DNA from: Verrucomicrobia bacterium UBA6176
Lineage (GTDB): Bacteria > Verrucomicrobiota > Verrucomicrobiia > Limisphaerales > UBA9464
NCBI GenBank assembly: GCA_002422905.1
Contig: DITU01000103.1
Coordinates: 1,961-65,960, forward strand
Direction of reading: 5' to 3'
Length of the DNA: 64,000 nucleotides
Position numbers and translations under genes: made by a program. Below the pieces are notes generated by a model, which worked only from the letters and a program-made list of their open reading frames with translations, made no database searches and was not told where the DNA came from. This document shows positions 47,632 through 57,062 of this stretch, piece after piece (the first letter of the stretch is position 1; each line of letters starts with the position of its first letter).

Positions 47632-48010
47632 ATGGCCCGTCGCCTCGCTTCCACCCTGCCAGCAGACGTTGATCGACTTTGTGAGCTTCCAAGGAGTCTC
47701 CGAAGCCGCGTGTGCGGCCAGTCCGATGCCATCAATCGGCTTTTGGGCGGCCGTCCAGCGGCGGGAACTGGGGGCGGTTCCGTCTCTCGGACGAGAGCGT
47801 TGCCTGATCTTTGCCAGGCCGACGGGTGTCGGGAAGACGGAGACGGCCCGGGCGTTGGCGGAGTTGATCCTCGGCGAAGGGCATCTGCACCGATTCGACT
47901 GTGGGGAGTTCCGGACGGCTGAAGCGGGGGCGTCGCTGTTGGGGGATCGGGCAGGGGATCGGGGGCGATTCGGGCAGGCCTTTGACGCGGTGCCGAAGGC
48001 TTGGGTTGAT
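47632..48010 (+). pseudogene. Fragment of a ClpA/ClpB-like AAA+ ATPase (frameshifted, truncated)
   Basis: One frame reads LRSRVCGQSDAINRLL. A second frame reads CLIFARPTGVGKTETARALAELILGEGHLHRFDCGEF...ASLLG (Walker A and a Clp D2-like context). Only about 120 aa of an expected protein of more than 700 aa is present. Confidence 0.55.
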
Positions 48011-48068
48011 AACCCTCGATCCGTCCCGAGGTCGCAAAGGTACTTGGCGACTTCCACGAAACCGGGAA

Positions 48069-48588
48069 CTAGTCCAACACCCCACGTTCGCAGTCTTCCC
48101 AGCAAATGGGCTCGTCGGGTTCGGGGGCGGGGCCGGGATTTTCCGGGGGGTTGGTCGGGAAGGCCGGAATCGAAGCGGGGGAGGAGTTCGCCTGGGTCCT
48201 CGAGGGAGTCTCCATACTGGCCCACATATCCCTCCCACATTCCGGCAGGGAGTTCGGTAATGAGGCGACGGAGCTGGTCGGGATTCCGGCGGAGGCGGAC
48301 CAGACGGCGTCGGCGGAAGGAATAGTGCCGGGCGAGCTCCAGAAGAACAGTGGCGGTTCGGACGACTTTCGGGGCGGGGTGTTGGGTGAGGGATAGGAGT
48401 CGGCTCTGGTTCTTTGCCGAGATGTGGGACTGGTGGAGCATCCGTTCGAGTTCGCTGAGGATTTCGAACTCCCTCCGCGTCTCGCGCGGGAGCCGGGCGC
48501 AGTCCTTGCAGACATGGTCTCGGTGTCCCCTGCTGCTGAAACGCTCGTTGGCGCGGAGCCGTTGGCAGATGTAGCAGAAGCGACCCAT
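48069..48588 (-). pseudogene. Zn-ribbon hypothetical gene, apparently frameshifted at a homopolymer tract
   Basis: MGRFCYICQRLRANERFSSRGHRDHVCKDCARL... looks protein-like for about 150 aa. The frame then stays open only as P/S/R-rich antisense of the Clp/RayT fragments down to 47362. A 1-nt shift at the G6 run (about 48140-48147, plus strand) would give an acidic C-terminus ...EPDEPICWEDCERGVLD, ending at 48069. Confidence 0.4.
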
Positions 48589-48710
48589 CGATCAGGCGCG
48601 AGAATGCGGCGGGTGACGTTCGGGTTCGAGGTGGTAGTTGGGGGCGCGGTTTTCTCACGCGGAGCCGCATGCGAAGGCCAGTGGGGTCAAACCGAGAAAG
48701 CCGCGGTAGT

Positions 48711-49157
48711 CTAGCCCAACCGAATGAGCGCCAGTCCGGCCGCTTCAGCCAGCGCGATCTGCTCGTCATCGAATGAAAGAGAAGCGTCGTCGGCGGTCTC
48801 GATGGCGATGGCAACGTGGAACAGGTCCATCTCGCGCATAACCATCTTCAGGGAATGCTCGGCGGCCAGCTCACACGCCGTGCGGACGGCATCGGTCCAG
48901 TCGAACTCCAGATGCGGCCAGTAACCGAGGCGCACCTCCTGTTCGAGCAGGCGCAGGAGTGAGCGTGAGTCACCGGGCGCGACCAGTCCGGCGCGCTCGG
49001 CCTGGCGAAAAGTGTTGAGCACTTCGACGCGCTGCCACGGCGTCCACACTACCTGCGCGTGCGGCTCGCGGTCGAACAGGTTGACGGCGCGGGGATGATG
49101 CACGTCGCGGCGGCATTGGTAAGCGAGCCACCACGAGGTGTCCGCATAAACCCTCAT
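48711..49157 (-). CDS. vapC: PIN-domain toxin (VapC-like)
   Basis: MRVYADTSWWLAY has an acidic residue at position 5-6. The 148-aa size and the ATGA overlap (49154-49157) with a small upstream ORF fit a type II toxin-antitoxin (TA) arrangement. Confidence 0.75.
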   Translation of the reverse strand: MRVYADTSWWLAYQCRRDVHHPRAVNLFDREPHAQVVWTPWQRVEVLNTFRQAERAGLVAPGDSRSLLRLLEQEVRLGYWPHLEFDWTDAVRTACELAAEHSLKMVMREMDLFHVAIAIETADDASLSFDDEQIALAEAAGLALIRLG

Positions 49158-49311
49158 TTCTTGAGGGTGCGAAGGAAGGCCACACCATCAAACTTGGGCG
49201 CTTTGGGATCGCCCACGGCGCGCTTTTCGGCGAGTTGCCGGATCATTCGTAAACTGCCGGTTTTCGCCTGGGCTTTCGAGCGTCCGTTGGCTGAAGTTGT
49301 TGCGATTTTCA
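49154..49311 (-). CDS. Putative antitoxin (52 aa)
   Basis: ATG 49311 gives MKIATTSANGRSKAQAKTGSLRMIRQLAEKRAVGDPKAPKFDGVAFLRTLKK. Assigned only by size and translational coupling to the PIN gene. Confidence 0.45.
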
Positions 49312-49593
49312 TGGAAAAAGTAGCCCCGGCTGGAGGCGGGAGCGAGGGATTTATGGGCCTCTGGCGTAGGAGCGGAGTGCCCCTGCCTCTTTCCGCGAGC
49401 TCTGTGTCCTCTGGAAAGCGCGGTGGTCCGATGAGGACCGTCGACCCGAACCGGGACACGATAACCGTGGGAGGGGCTGGAGCGAGGAGTCGGATGGGTT
49501 CGTAGTAGCGTTGAGCTGCCGATCAAGTCGGCAGGGAGCGAAGGAGCCCTGGTCGGGACCAAGCCGAGTGAGAGACAACTGGAGCTGATTGGA

Positions 49594-50308
49594 ATGGAAA
49601 TTCCTACGACAGCCCAAGCGGTGAGGCGGTTGTACATCCCGAAGGCGAACGGGAAGTTGCGGCCGTTGGGAATCCCGACGGTGAGGGACCGAGTGGTTGC
49701 AGGCGGCGGTGAAGCTGATCCTGGAGCCGATCTTCGAGGCAGACTTCGAGGATTGCTCCCACGGGTTTCGATCCGGACGATCGGCACACGACGCCCTGCG
49801 AATCATCCACCAGCACCTGAAGGCAGGACGCAACGACCGGGGCACTCCGCAAGGAGGGGTCCTGAGTCCGCTGCTGGCGAATATGTATCTGCACTGGTTC
49901 GACCACCTGTTTGAACGGGCGGACGGACCCTCCCGATGGGCTGGAGCGAAGCTGGTGCGCTATGCGGACGACTTCGTGGTGATGGCGCGATACATCGGAC
50001 CCCGACTCAAGGACTGGATCGAAGGGAAGTTGGAGGGGTGGCTGGAACTCACGATCAACCGGGAGAAGACCCGGGTGATCCGAGTGACGGAGACCGGGGA
50101 GTCCCTGGATTTCCTTGGCTACCGCTTCCGCTATGACCGGGATCTACTGGGACGGGACCGAAGGTATTGGAATTGGGAACCCTCTCCCAAAGCGCAGGCC
50201 CGGGAACGGGAGGCGCTGAGGGAGATGACGAATGCGAAGCAGTGCATGACGCCGGTGGTGGAGTTGATCGAGCGGATCAACCGACATCGTCTGGGTTGGG
50301 GACGGTGA
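49594..50308 (+). pseudogene. Group II intron-type reverse transcriptase/maturase remnant (N-truncated, frameshifted, internally deleted, C-truncated)
   Basis: One frame reads [26 protein letters not shown] second frame reads [33 protein letters not shown]...[17 protein letters not shown]...[11 protein letters not shown]...FLGYRF. The block between the HDAL region and GTPQGG is missing, and the maturase region ends abruptly at LGWGR. Confidence 0.8.
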
Positions 50309-50326
50309 CCGGATGGCGCCGCTGCG
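50296..50326. repeat. Diverged copy of the short hairpin motif at the reverse-transcriptase truncation point
   Basis: gacggtgaccggatggcgccgctgcgtggga, compared with gacggcgaccgaacgtcgccgctccgtggga at 38.2 kb. Lies between the remnant ORF end (50308) and the czcC-like stop (50338). Confidence 0.5.
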
Positions 50327-50337
50327 TGGGATTGGGG

Positions 50338-51627
50338 TCAGGATTTGCCGCGGGGGCCGAGGTAGGCGGAGACTTCGACCCAGGCCTGCATCACTTCGCG
50401 CAGGGTTTCCAGGTAGTCGAGGTGGAGTCGGGCCCACTCGCGGCGAAGGGGCAGGATCTCGGTGAGGCTGGTGTCGCCGGCGGAAAGGCGGAGCTCGGCG
50501 GATTGGAGGACGGTGTCGGCGTGGGGCAGGATTTCCTCACGGAAGGAGCGGGCGCGGTCGAGGGCGGAGACGAGTGCGGCATGGGATTGCTGCAGGTGCA
50601 GGGCAAGCTCCTGGGTGGTCATGCGGGACCGGGCTTCGGCAGCGAGGGCATCGGAACGGGCGGCCTGGATGCGGCCCTGGTTCCGGTTGAAGAGCGGGAG
50701 CGGGATGTTGAGGCCGATGTCGAAGGTGTTCTGGCCGGTAACTTCGAGTCGGCGATAGAGGGCTTCGACCTGGATGTCGGGAATGCGCTCGGCCTTGGCG
50801 AGATCGATGCGGGCGACGCTCGCCCGGACATCGGCTTCGGCGATCCGGGCGGCGGGTTGGGTCGAGAGTGAGGCGGCGAGGGATTCCAGGGTGGGGACTT
50901 CAAAGGCGTCGTCGAGGCGGCCTTCAACAGAGCTGATGGTGAGGCCGGGTTCACCGATGGCGCCGGCGAGGGCGACAAGACCCTGTTCCCGGAGCGATGC
51001 AATGCGGCGTGATTCGATCCCGGCCCGGGCCAGTTCCAGTTCGGTGCGGGCGAGGTCGGACGGGATGGCATCGCCGGCGAGGAGTCGGGCGCGGGTGGAC
51101 TGTTGGTCGAGGGTGAGGGAGGAGAGGATGCGGGCGTGGGTCTGGAGGGCGGATTCGTGATGGAGGGCGGTGGCGAAGGCGGCGTGGACACGGCGATGCA
51201 GGGAGCGCAGGGCGGATTCGAGTCCGCGCAGCTGGACTTCGCGTTCGAGCCATTCGGCTTCACGGGCCTTGGCGAGACGATTGCCGAGGGGAATGCGTTG
51301 GCCGAACCCGGCGATGTATTGGCGGTCGGGAACGGTCTCGCGCTGCACCGGGATCTGCTGGGCGCCGACGATCAGTTCCGGATTGGGGAAGGTCCCGGCC
51401 TGACGGGCGAGACCGGCGGCGGCATCGACACGGGCGCGGGCTTCGGCGAGGGCGGGATGACTGCGTTCGGCACGTTCGAAGGCCTGGTCGAGCGTCAGGA
51501 CGACGGGTGGGACGGAGGCGGTGGGATCGGAGGCGTGGAGACGGAGTACGGCCCAGACGACGGTGAGGAGGACGAGTGCGCCGGGGCGGCGATGGCGCGG
51601 GGAATGGAAGGGATGGGGCGAGGTCAT
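50338..51627 (-). CDS. czcC: Outer-membrane efflux protein, TolC/CzcC family
   Basis: 429-aa protein with a signal peptide and two helical OEP-type repeats. It is the last gene of an RND operon. ATGA overlap with the RND pump stop at 51624-51627. Confidence 0.8.
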   Translation of the reverse strand: MTSPHPFHSPRHRRPGALVLLTVVWAVLRLHASDPTASVPPVVLTLDQAFERAERSHPALAEARARVDAAAGLARQAGTFPNPELIVGAQQIPVQRETVPDRQYIAGFGQRIPLGNRLAKAREAEWLEREVQLRGLESALRSLHRRVHAAFATALHHESALQTHARILSSLTLDQQSTRARLLAGDAIPSDLARTELELARAGIESRRIASLREQGLVALAGAIGEPGLTISSVEGRLDDAFEVPTLESLAASLSTQPAARIAEADVRASVARIDLAKAERIPDIQVEALYRRLEVTGQNTFDIGLNIPLPLFNRNQGRIQAARSDALAAEARSRMTTQELALHLQQSHAALVSALDRARSFREEILPHADTVLQSAELRLSAGDTSLTEILPLRREWARLHLDYLETLREVMQAWVEVSAYLGPRGKS

Positions 51628-54600
51628 GGGATGGCCGGGGTTGGGGTGGAGGAGGAGCGTCCGAAGCGGAGGTAAAGGGCGGGGACGATGACCATGTTGA
51701 GGACCATGGAGGTGAGGAGGCCGAAGAGGATGACGATGGCCATGGGGGTCTGGATTTCGTTGCCGGGTTTGTCGCCACCGAGGGCGAGGGGGATGAGGGC
51801 GAGACCTGAGGCGAGCGCGGTCATGAGGATGGGCACGAGACGTTCGAGGGCGCCGCGTCGGACGGCTTCGCGGAGGTCGGGGACGCCCTCGTGTTGTTGG
51901 AGGTGCCGGATGTGGGACACGAGCATGATGCCGTTGCGGGTGGCGATGCCGAACACGGTGATGAAGCCGATGATGGAAGCGACGCTGAGGATGCCGCCCC
52001 CGGCGAAGACACCGGCGACACCGCCGATGAGGGCGAGGGGAAGGTTGAGCATGATCAGGGCGGCATCGCGCAGGGAACCGAAGGCGAGGTGAAGGAGGAG
52101 GCCGATGCCGATGACGACCCCGATGCCGACGAGGGCGAGGGTCCGGGAAGCGGCGGCGGCGCTTTCGAACTGGCCACCGTACTCGACGCGATAGCCGGGG
52201 GCCTCATCGATGATCTGGTCGACCTGGCGCCGGATGTCCTGGACGACATCGGTGACACCGCGACCGGCGACGTTGCATTGGACGACGATCTTCCGTTCGA
52301 CCTGTTCGCGGAGGATCTGGTTGGGGCCGGTACCGGGCTGGATGCGGGCGAGTGAATGGAGTGGGACCCGTGCACCGGAGGGGGTGTCGACCGCGACATT
52401 GCCGAGGGTTTCGAGGGATTGTTCGCCGGCGTTGTCGAGGCGGACGACGAGATCGTAGGAGGATTGGCCTTCGAGGATGCGGGAAGCGACGACGCCCTGG
52501 AGGGAGGCCTGGAGGGTGCGGGAGACATCGCGCACGGTGAGTCCGTGTCGGGCCATGCCGGCACGGTCGAATCGGACCTGGAGGACGGGCACCTCGGATT
52601 GGGTATCGACGGAGAGATCGACGATGCCGGGGACGGCTTCCATGGCCTTGCGGGCGGACTCGGCGAGGGTGCGGAGTTGGTGAAGGTCCGGGCCGAAGAT
52701 CTTGACGGCGATATTGGCGCGGGTGCCGGAGAGCATGTGATCGATGCGATGGGAGATGGGTTGGCCGATGGTGATGTTCATGCCGGGAACATTGGCGAGG
52801 GCGATGCGCAGGGCCTGGAGGAACTCGGCCTGGGAACGGTCACGACGGGTGATGCTGACATCGATCTCGGCGGACTCGACGCCGAGGGCGTGTTCGTCGA
52901 GTTCGGCGCGACCGGTGCGGCGGGCGACGGAAACGACTTCCGGGAATTCCATGAGGATGCCTTCGACGGCGCGCCCGAGGGTGTCGGATTCGGCGAGGGA
53001 CGTGCCGGGAAGGGTGACGACGCTGATGGTGAGGGAGCCTTCGTTGAAGTCGGGGAGGAAGGCGCGATCCATGCGGAGGGTGGTGAGCAGGGCGATGCCG
53101 AGGGCGATGACGGCGGGCAGGGTGAACTTCGCGGGATGGGCGAGGGCGACGTCGAGGATGGGTTCGTAACGGGACTTCAGCCAGCGGACGAGGGCGGGTT
53201 CGTGTTCGGCGATGACGCCCTTGCTGCCGGGAAGCAGGAGGAGGCAGAGGACGGGCGTGACCGTGACGGCGACGATGAGGGAGGCGCCGAGGGCGACGAG
53301 GTAGGCGACGCCGAGGGGTTGGAGCAGGCGCCCTTCGACACCGTCGAGGAAGAAGATGGGGACGAAGACGAGGGCGATGATGAGGGTGGCGAAGACGATG
53401 GAACTGCGGATCTCGACACTGGCATCGAAGACGACCTTCAGGAGGGGCGGACGGTTGGCGGCGGGACGCCGATGATGTTCTCGCAGGCGACGGAAGACGT
53501 TTTCGACATCGATGACGGCGTCATCGACGAGGGCGCCGATGGCGATGGCCATGCCGCCGAGGGTCATGGTGTTGATGGAGGCATCGAACCATTGGAGGGT
53601 GAGGACGGCGGTGAGGAGGGACAGGGGGATGGCGGTGAGGGTGATGAGGGTGGCGCGCAGGTTGGCGAGGAAGAGCAGCATGACGAAGGTCACGAGGATC
53701 ACGCCTTCCAACAGCGCCTTCTGCACATTGCGAACGGCGACCGAGATGAAGTCGGATTGCCGGAAGATGTCGGTCCGGAGCTTCATGCCGGGCGGCAGGT
53801 TGGCCTTGAGGATGTCGAGTTCGGCATCCAGGCGGCGGGTCAGGTCGAGGGTGTTGGCTCCTGGCTGTTTCTGGATGCCGAGGATGACCGCGGGTTGACC
53901 CATGGCGGATCCTTCGCCGCGTTTCTGGGCCTGGCCGATGCGGACCTCGCCGAGGTCGCGGATGAGGACGGGGACATCCTTGCGGGCGGCGACGACGGTG
54001 GAGCTGATGTCGTTGGTGGAGCGGAGACGGCCCATGCCGGTGACGAGCCATTCGGAACCGCGTTGGTTGAGGATGCCGGCGGAGACATTTTCGTTTCCTT
54101 CGGCGAGTGCGCGCACGACGTGGTCGAGGGTGATGTCCTGGGCCTGCAAGGCGGCCGGGTTGATCAACACTTCGAACTGCTTCTGCCCGCCACCGATCGG
54201 CGTGACCTGGGAAACTCCGGGTACGGCCAACAGTCGACGTCGCAGGTGGACATCGGCATGGGAACGGAGTTCGGTGGGGGAATGGCGGTCGGAGGTCAGG
54301 GCGATGAAAAGGATTTCGCCCATGATGGAGGAAGGCGGGGCGAGGACGGGACGTTCGACCTCGGGCGGGAGGGTGGCGGCAATGGTTCCGATCCGTTCCC
54401 CGACGGTCTGGCGGGCGTCGCGCAGGTCGGTGCCCCAGTCGAATTCCACCCAGACCACGGAGATGCCGACGCTGGTGGCGGACCGGACGCGTCGGACACC
54501 GGCGGACCCGTTGACGGCGGTCTCGACGGGAATGGTCACCTGGGTCTCGACCTCGGTGGGCGACATGCCATGGGCCTCGGTCAGGATGGTGACGCTGGGG

Positions 54601-54728
54601 GCGGTGAGGTCCGGGAAGACATCGACCGGCATGTGGGAGACGGATCGGAAGCCGGCCACGGTGAGCACCAGGGCGGCGACCAGCACGAGGGTGCGGTTGG
54701 TCAGGGCCCAATGGATGAGTCGGTCCAT
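51624..54728 (-). CDS. czcA: Heavy-metal efflux RND transporter, CzcA/CusA family
   Basis: ATG 54728 gives MDRLIHWALTNRTLVLVAALVLTVAGFRSVSHMPVDVFPDLTAPSVTILTEAHGMSPTEVE. About 1034 aa with 12 TM-type hydrophobic blocks. Confidence 0.9.
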   Translation of the reverse strand: MDRLIHWALTNRTLVLVAALVLTVAGFRSVSHMPVDVFPDLTAPSVTILTEAHGMSPTEVETQVTIPVETAVNGSAGVRRVRSATSVGISVVWVEFDWGTDLRDARQTVGERIGTIAATLPPEVERPVLAPPSSIMGEILFIALTSDRHSPTELRSHADVHLRRRLLAVPGVSQVTPIGGGQKQFEVLINPAALQAQDITLDHVVRALAEGNENVSAGILNQRGSEWLVTGMGRLRSTNDISSTVVAARKDVPVLIRDLGEVRIGQAQKRGEGSAMGQPAVILGIQKQPGANTLDLTRRLDAELDILKANLPPGMKLRTDIFRQSDFISVAVRNVQKALLEGVILVTFVMLLFLANLRATLITLTAIPLSLLTAVLTLQWFDASINTMTLGGMAIAIGALVDDAVIDVENVFRRLREHHRRPAANRPPLLKVVFDASVEIRSSIVFATLIIALVFVPIFFLDGVEGRLLQPLGVAYLVALGASLIVAVTVTPVLCLLLLPGSKGVIAEHEPALVRWLKSRYEPILDVALAHPAKFTLPAVIALGIALLTTLRMDRAFLPDFNEGSLTISVVTLPGTSLAESDTLGRAVEGILMEFPEVVSVARRTGRAELDEHALGVESAEIDVSITRRDRSQAEFLQALRIALANVPGMNITIGQPISHRIDHMLSGTRANIAVKIFGPDLHQLRTLAESARKAMEAVPGIVDLSVDTQSEVPVLQVRFDRAGMARHGLTVRDVSRTLQASLQGVVASRILEGQSSYDLVVRLDNAGEQSLETLGNVAVDTPSGARVPLHSLARIQPGTGPNQILREQVERKIVVQCNVAGRGVTDVVQDIRRQVDQIIDEAPGYRVEYGGQFESAAAASRTLALVGIGVVIGIGLLLHLAFGSLRDAALIMLNLPLALIGGVAGVFAGGGILSVASIIGFITVFGIATRNGIMLVSHIRHLQQHEGVPDLREAVRRGALERLVPILMTALASGLALIPLALGGDKPGNEIQTPMAIVILFGLLTSMVLNMVIVPALYLRFGRSSSTPTPAIP

Positions 54729-54735
54729 GAGGTGA

Positions 54736-56322
54736 TCAGTGGTTGTGGCCGTGGGCGGGGATGACGCCGGAGATGGAGGCGAGCCGGATGGCATAGGCGC
54801 CCCGGGTGACCACGCGTTCGCCGACCTTGAGGCCGTCGAGGATCTGGACGCGACCGGCGTCGCGGATCCCGGTCCGGACGGTGCGTTTGGCGAAGGTCTC
54901 TCCGGACACGTGGACGAAAGCGACCAGTTCATCGCCTTCATCGACCAGGGCGCTCTCGGGAACGGCGACGGCTTCCTCCACGCGGGCGGTGCCGATCTGC
55001 AACGTCACGCTCTGGCCGGGACGCAGCAGGCCTTGGCGGTTGTGGACCTCGTAGGTCAGGGGAACGGTGCGGGTGTGGGGATCGACCGTGCCACCGAGGG
55101 CGAGCACGCGGCCGATGCCGTCACCGGTCACGGGGATGGAGGAACCGCGTTGGCCGGGGAACTGGAGGATGGCGTGATGATTGGTGCCGAGTTGGTGAAG
55201 GCTGGACTCGGGAATACGGGCTTCGATCCAGACCGTCCGCGAATCGAGCACGTGGAACAGGGGTTGGTCGGCGGCGACGACTTCGCCCACGCCGGCGAGA
55301 TGTGAGTCGAGGATGCCGCCGATGGGGGCGCGCAGTTCGATGAGGAGGGGTGCGCCGGTGGGGCGTTCGCTGTTGGAGGATTGAAACGTGTTCAGCAATC
55401 CGAGGGCGGCGGTGTGCCGGGAGCGGGCGGATTCGAGGGTGGCGGCGGATTCCTGGACTTCGCGGAGTGATTTCGCCTGGCTGGCGGCGAGTTGCTGGAT
55501 GCGGGCATGGGCGGTTTCGGCCTGGTCGAGGGCGGCCTGGGTGGAGGCGACGGCGGCGCGGGCGTCGATCAGGCGGGCGGCGGCCTCGGAGAAATTGGGG
55601 CGAAGGAGACCCAGCAATTCGCCGGCTTCAACCGGATCGCCGAGTTGGATCGGGGGGGCGGGGTCGGTGGAGATCAGTTGACCGGAGATCGGGGCGACAA
55701 CCGTCGCGGAGGAACCGGGTCGGGTGCGGACCTGGGCGGAGACCTCCATTCGTGCGGTGAGGGGGCGTTGGGTGACGGGTTCGGTGCGGACGAGGATCCG
55801 CCATTGCTGTTCCTTGAGGAAGGGGACGCCTTCCGGGGGGGCGGGCAGGGTGGAACGTGCGGCGGCGGTGGGATCGGCGTGTACCTGGAGGGAACCCAGT
55901 TCGAGGATTGTCGGGGCGTTGGTGCCGGGGATGATCAGGGTGACCTGCCAGATGCCGGGCTTGGGAAACAGGATCGCGGGTCGGTAGATGCCGGGATCGG
56001 TGGGGTTGGCCTGTTGGTTGTCGACAACGACTTCGCCCTGGCTGAAGCGGAAGGTGACGGGTCCATCGCGGCGGGGTTCCTGGGTGAGGAGATCGGTGAC
56101 ATGGGTGATGAACGGGGTGGGCTTGCCGGCGACCGGGATCGGATGTTCAGCGAAGACTTCAAAGGCATCGGTCCAGACGGTGATCTGGGCAGTGCGATCC
56201 GCGGGTTGGTTGCGCCGGGAATCGTTGACGGCGTCGGATGGACTACAACCGCCGATCAGGACAGCACCGGTCAACAGGAGGAGGCCGGTGGAACGCCACC
56301 GGGCCAAGGGGAGACACTTCAT
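54736..56322 (-). CDS. czcB: RND periplasmic adaptor (CzcB/CusB, HlyD family) lipoprotein with an N-terminal extension and His-rich C-terminus
   Basis: Lipobox LLLLTGAVLIGGCSPS. An extra N-terminal domain of about 190 aa. Coiled-coil hairpin (AALDQAETAHARIQQLAAS...), beta-barrel and MP domains. The C-terminus is PAHGHNH. Confidence 0.8.
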   Translation of the reverse strand: MKCLPLARWRSTGLLLLTGAVLIGGCSPSDAVNDSRRNQPADRTAQITVWTDAFEVFAEHPIPVAGKPTPFITHVTDLLTQEPRRDGPVTFRFSQGEVVVDNQQANPTDPGIYRPAILFPKPGIWQVTLIIPGTNAPTILELGSLQVHADPTAAARSTLPAPPEGVPFLKEQQWRILVRTEPVTQRPLTARMEVSAQVRTRPGSSATVVAPISGQLISTDPAPPIQLGDPVEAGELLGLLRPNFSEAAARLIDARAAVASTQAALDQAETAHARIQQLAASQAKSLREVQESAATLESARSRHTAALGLLNTFQSSNSERPTGAPLLIELRAPIGGILDSHLAGVGEVVAADQPLFHVLDSRTVWIEARIPESSLHQLGTNHHAILQFPGQRGSSIPVTGDGIGRVLALGGTVDPHTRTVPLTYEVHNRQGLLRPGQSVTLQIGTARVEEAVAVPESALVDEGDELVAFVHVSGETFAKRTVRTGIRDAGRVQILDGLKVGERVVTRGAYAIRLASISGVIPAHGHNH

Positions 56323-56469
56323 TGGGGAACAGGGAAAACCGCATCAGGATTCTCCGCTCGATTCACCCGGAAACCGGGCCGTGACCCGGAGCGGATGCGG
56401 GTCGACGTGTCGTGTGTGGGAAACGCTTCGGACGGGGGAAGGTGACCGAAGGCCGTCCAGGAAGGACGG

Positions 56470-56937
56470 TCAGGAAGCAAAAGAGGGAGACCGGACCGGG
56501 AGGGAAACGCGGAGGTCGAAACGCCAGCGGGGAGTGAGATCGGGCGGAGCTGTGCTGGGCGGCGCCAATCCGGAATGGAGTTGGTCCACCGGATGATCCG
56601 CTGGTTCGACACCGGTGATGCCAGGAAAAGCGGCTGTCAGCAGGATCGGGGGACAGAAGCCGGAGGTTGGATCGGTCAGGTCAAGGAGACAGGCGCCATC
56701 GGCGAGGGTGTGATTGCTGTCGTTGTGCTCGTGTGGCCCGGAGGATTCGTGGGGGCACCCCGAATCAATCCCTGCTGCCGGCTCAGGCACGGCATGTCCG
56801 ACATGCTGGACATGGATGAGGCCGGCGAACTGGAGGAAGGCGTGCGAGGAACCGGGCACCCAGAAGGTGACCAACAGGAACGTCAGGATGAACCGGGCGC
56901 GTCGCAACGTGAGTGTTCTAGTCGGGCGGCAGGGCAT
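56470..56937 (-). CDS. Small His/Cys-rich protein upstream of the czc-like operon (hypothetical)
   Basis: ATG 56937 gives MPCRPTRTLTLRRARFILTFLLVTFWVPGSSHA (signal/TM segment), then HVQHVGH, CPHESSGPHEHNDSNH and DGACLL. The ORF portion upstream of 56937 is repeat-derived. Confidence 0.45.
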   Translation of the reverse strand: MPCRPTRTLTLRRARFILTFLLVTFWVPGSSHAFLQFAGLIHVQHVGHAVPEPAAGIDSGCPHESSGPHEHNDSNHTLADGACLLDLTDPTSGFCPPILLTAAFPGITGVEPADHPVDQLHSGLAPPSTAPPDLTPRWRFDLRVSLPVRSPSFAS

Positions 56938-56967
56938 TTCAAGAACGCTTCGGTCCTGCGGCCACTT

Positions 56968-57062
56968 TCGGTCGGAGCGGCGAGGGTTGCTTGCCGTCTG
57001 GATGGGACGGCGACCGGAGATCGCCGCTTTTGTGGGACACGAAAGGACACGAAAGGGGAAGG
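56968..57062. repeat. Modular intergenic repeat block IV (modules C-D-partial B)
   Basis: tcggtcggagcggcgagggttgcttgccgtctggatgggacggcgaccggagatcgccgc...gggacacgaaaggacacgaaagggg. This matches modules of block I in a different order. Confidence 0.75.

Noticed and set aside
47362-48068. Distal ~235 codons of ORF 47362..48588
   Set aside because: P/S/R/A-rich low complexity, lying antisense to the Clp-like and RayT-like fragments. Most likely read-through rather than genuine coding sequence.
44975-50308. Diversity-generating retroelement (reverse transcriptase near a repeat at the 3-prime end of a surface-protein gene)
   Set aside because: The reverse transcriptase is group II intron-like ([18 protein letters not shown], maturase tail) and is a broken remnant. 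The differences between the terminal repeats R4 and R5 are synonymous changes at all base types, not adenine-specific template/variable-repeat mismatches.
49311-50308. Retron or defence-associated reverse-transcriptase system next to VapBC
   Set aside because: The sequence motifs fit mobile group II intron-encoded proteins. The ORF is truncated and frameshifted. I could not see an msr/msd-like inverted-repeat structure upstream.
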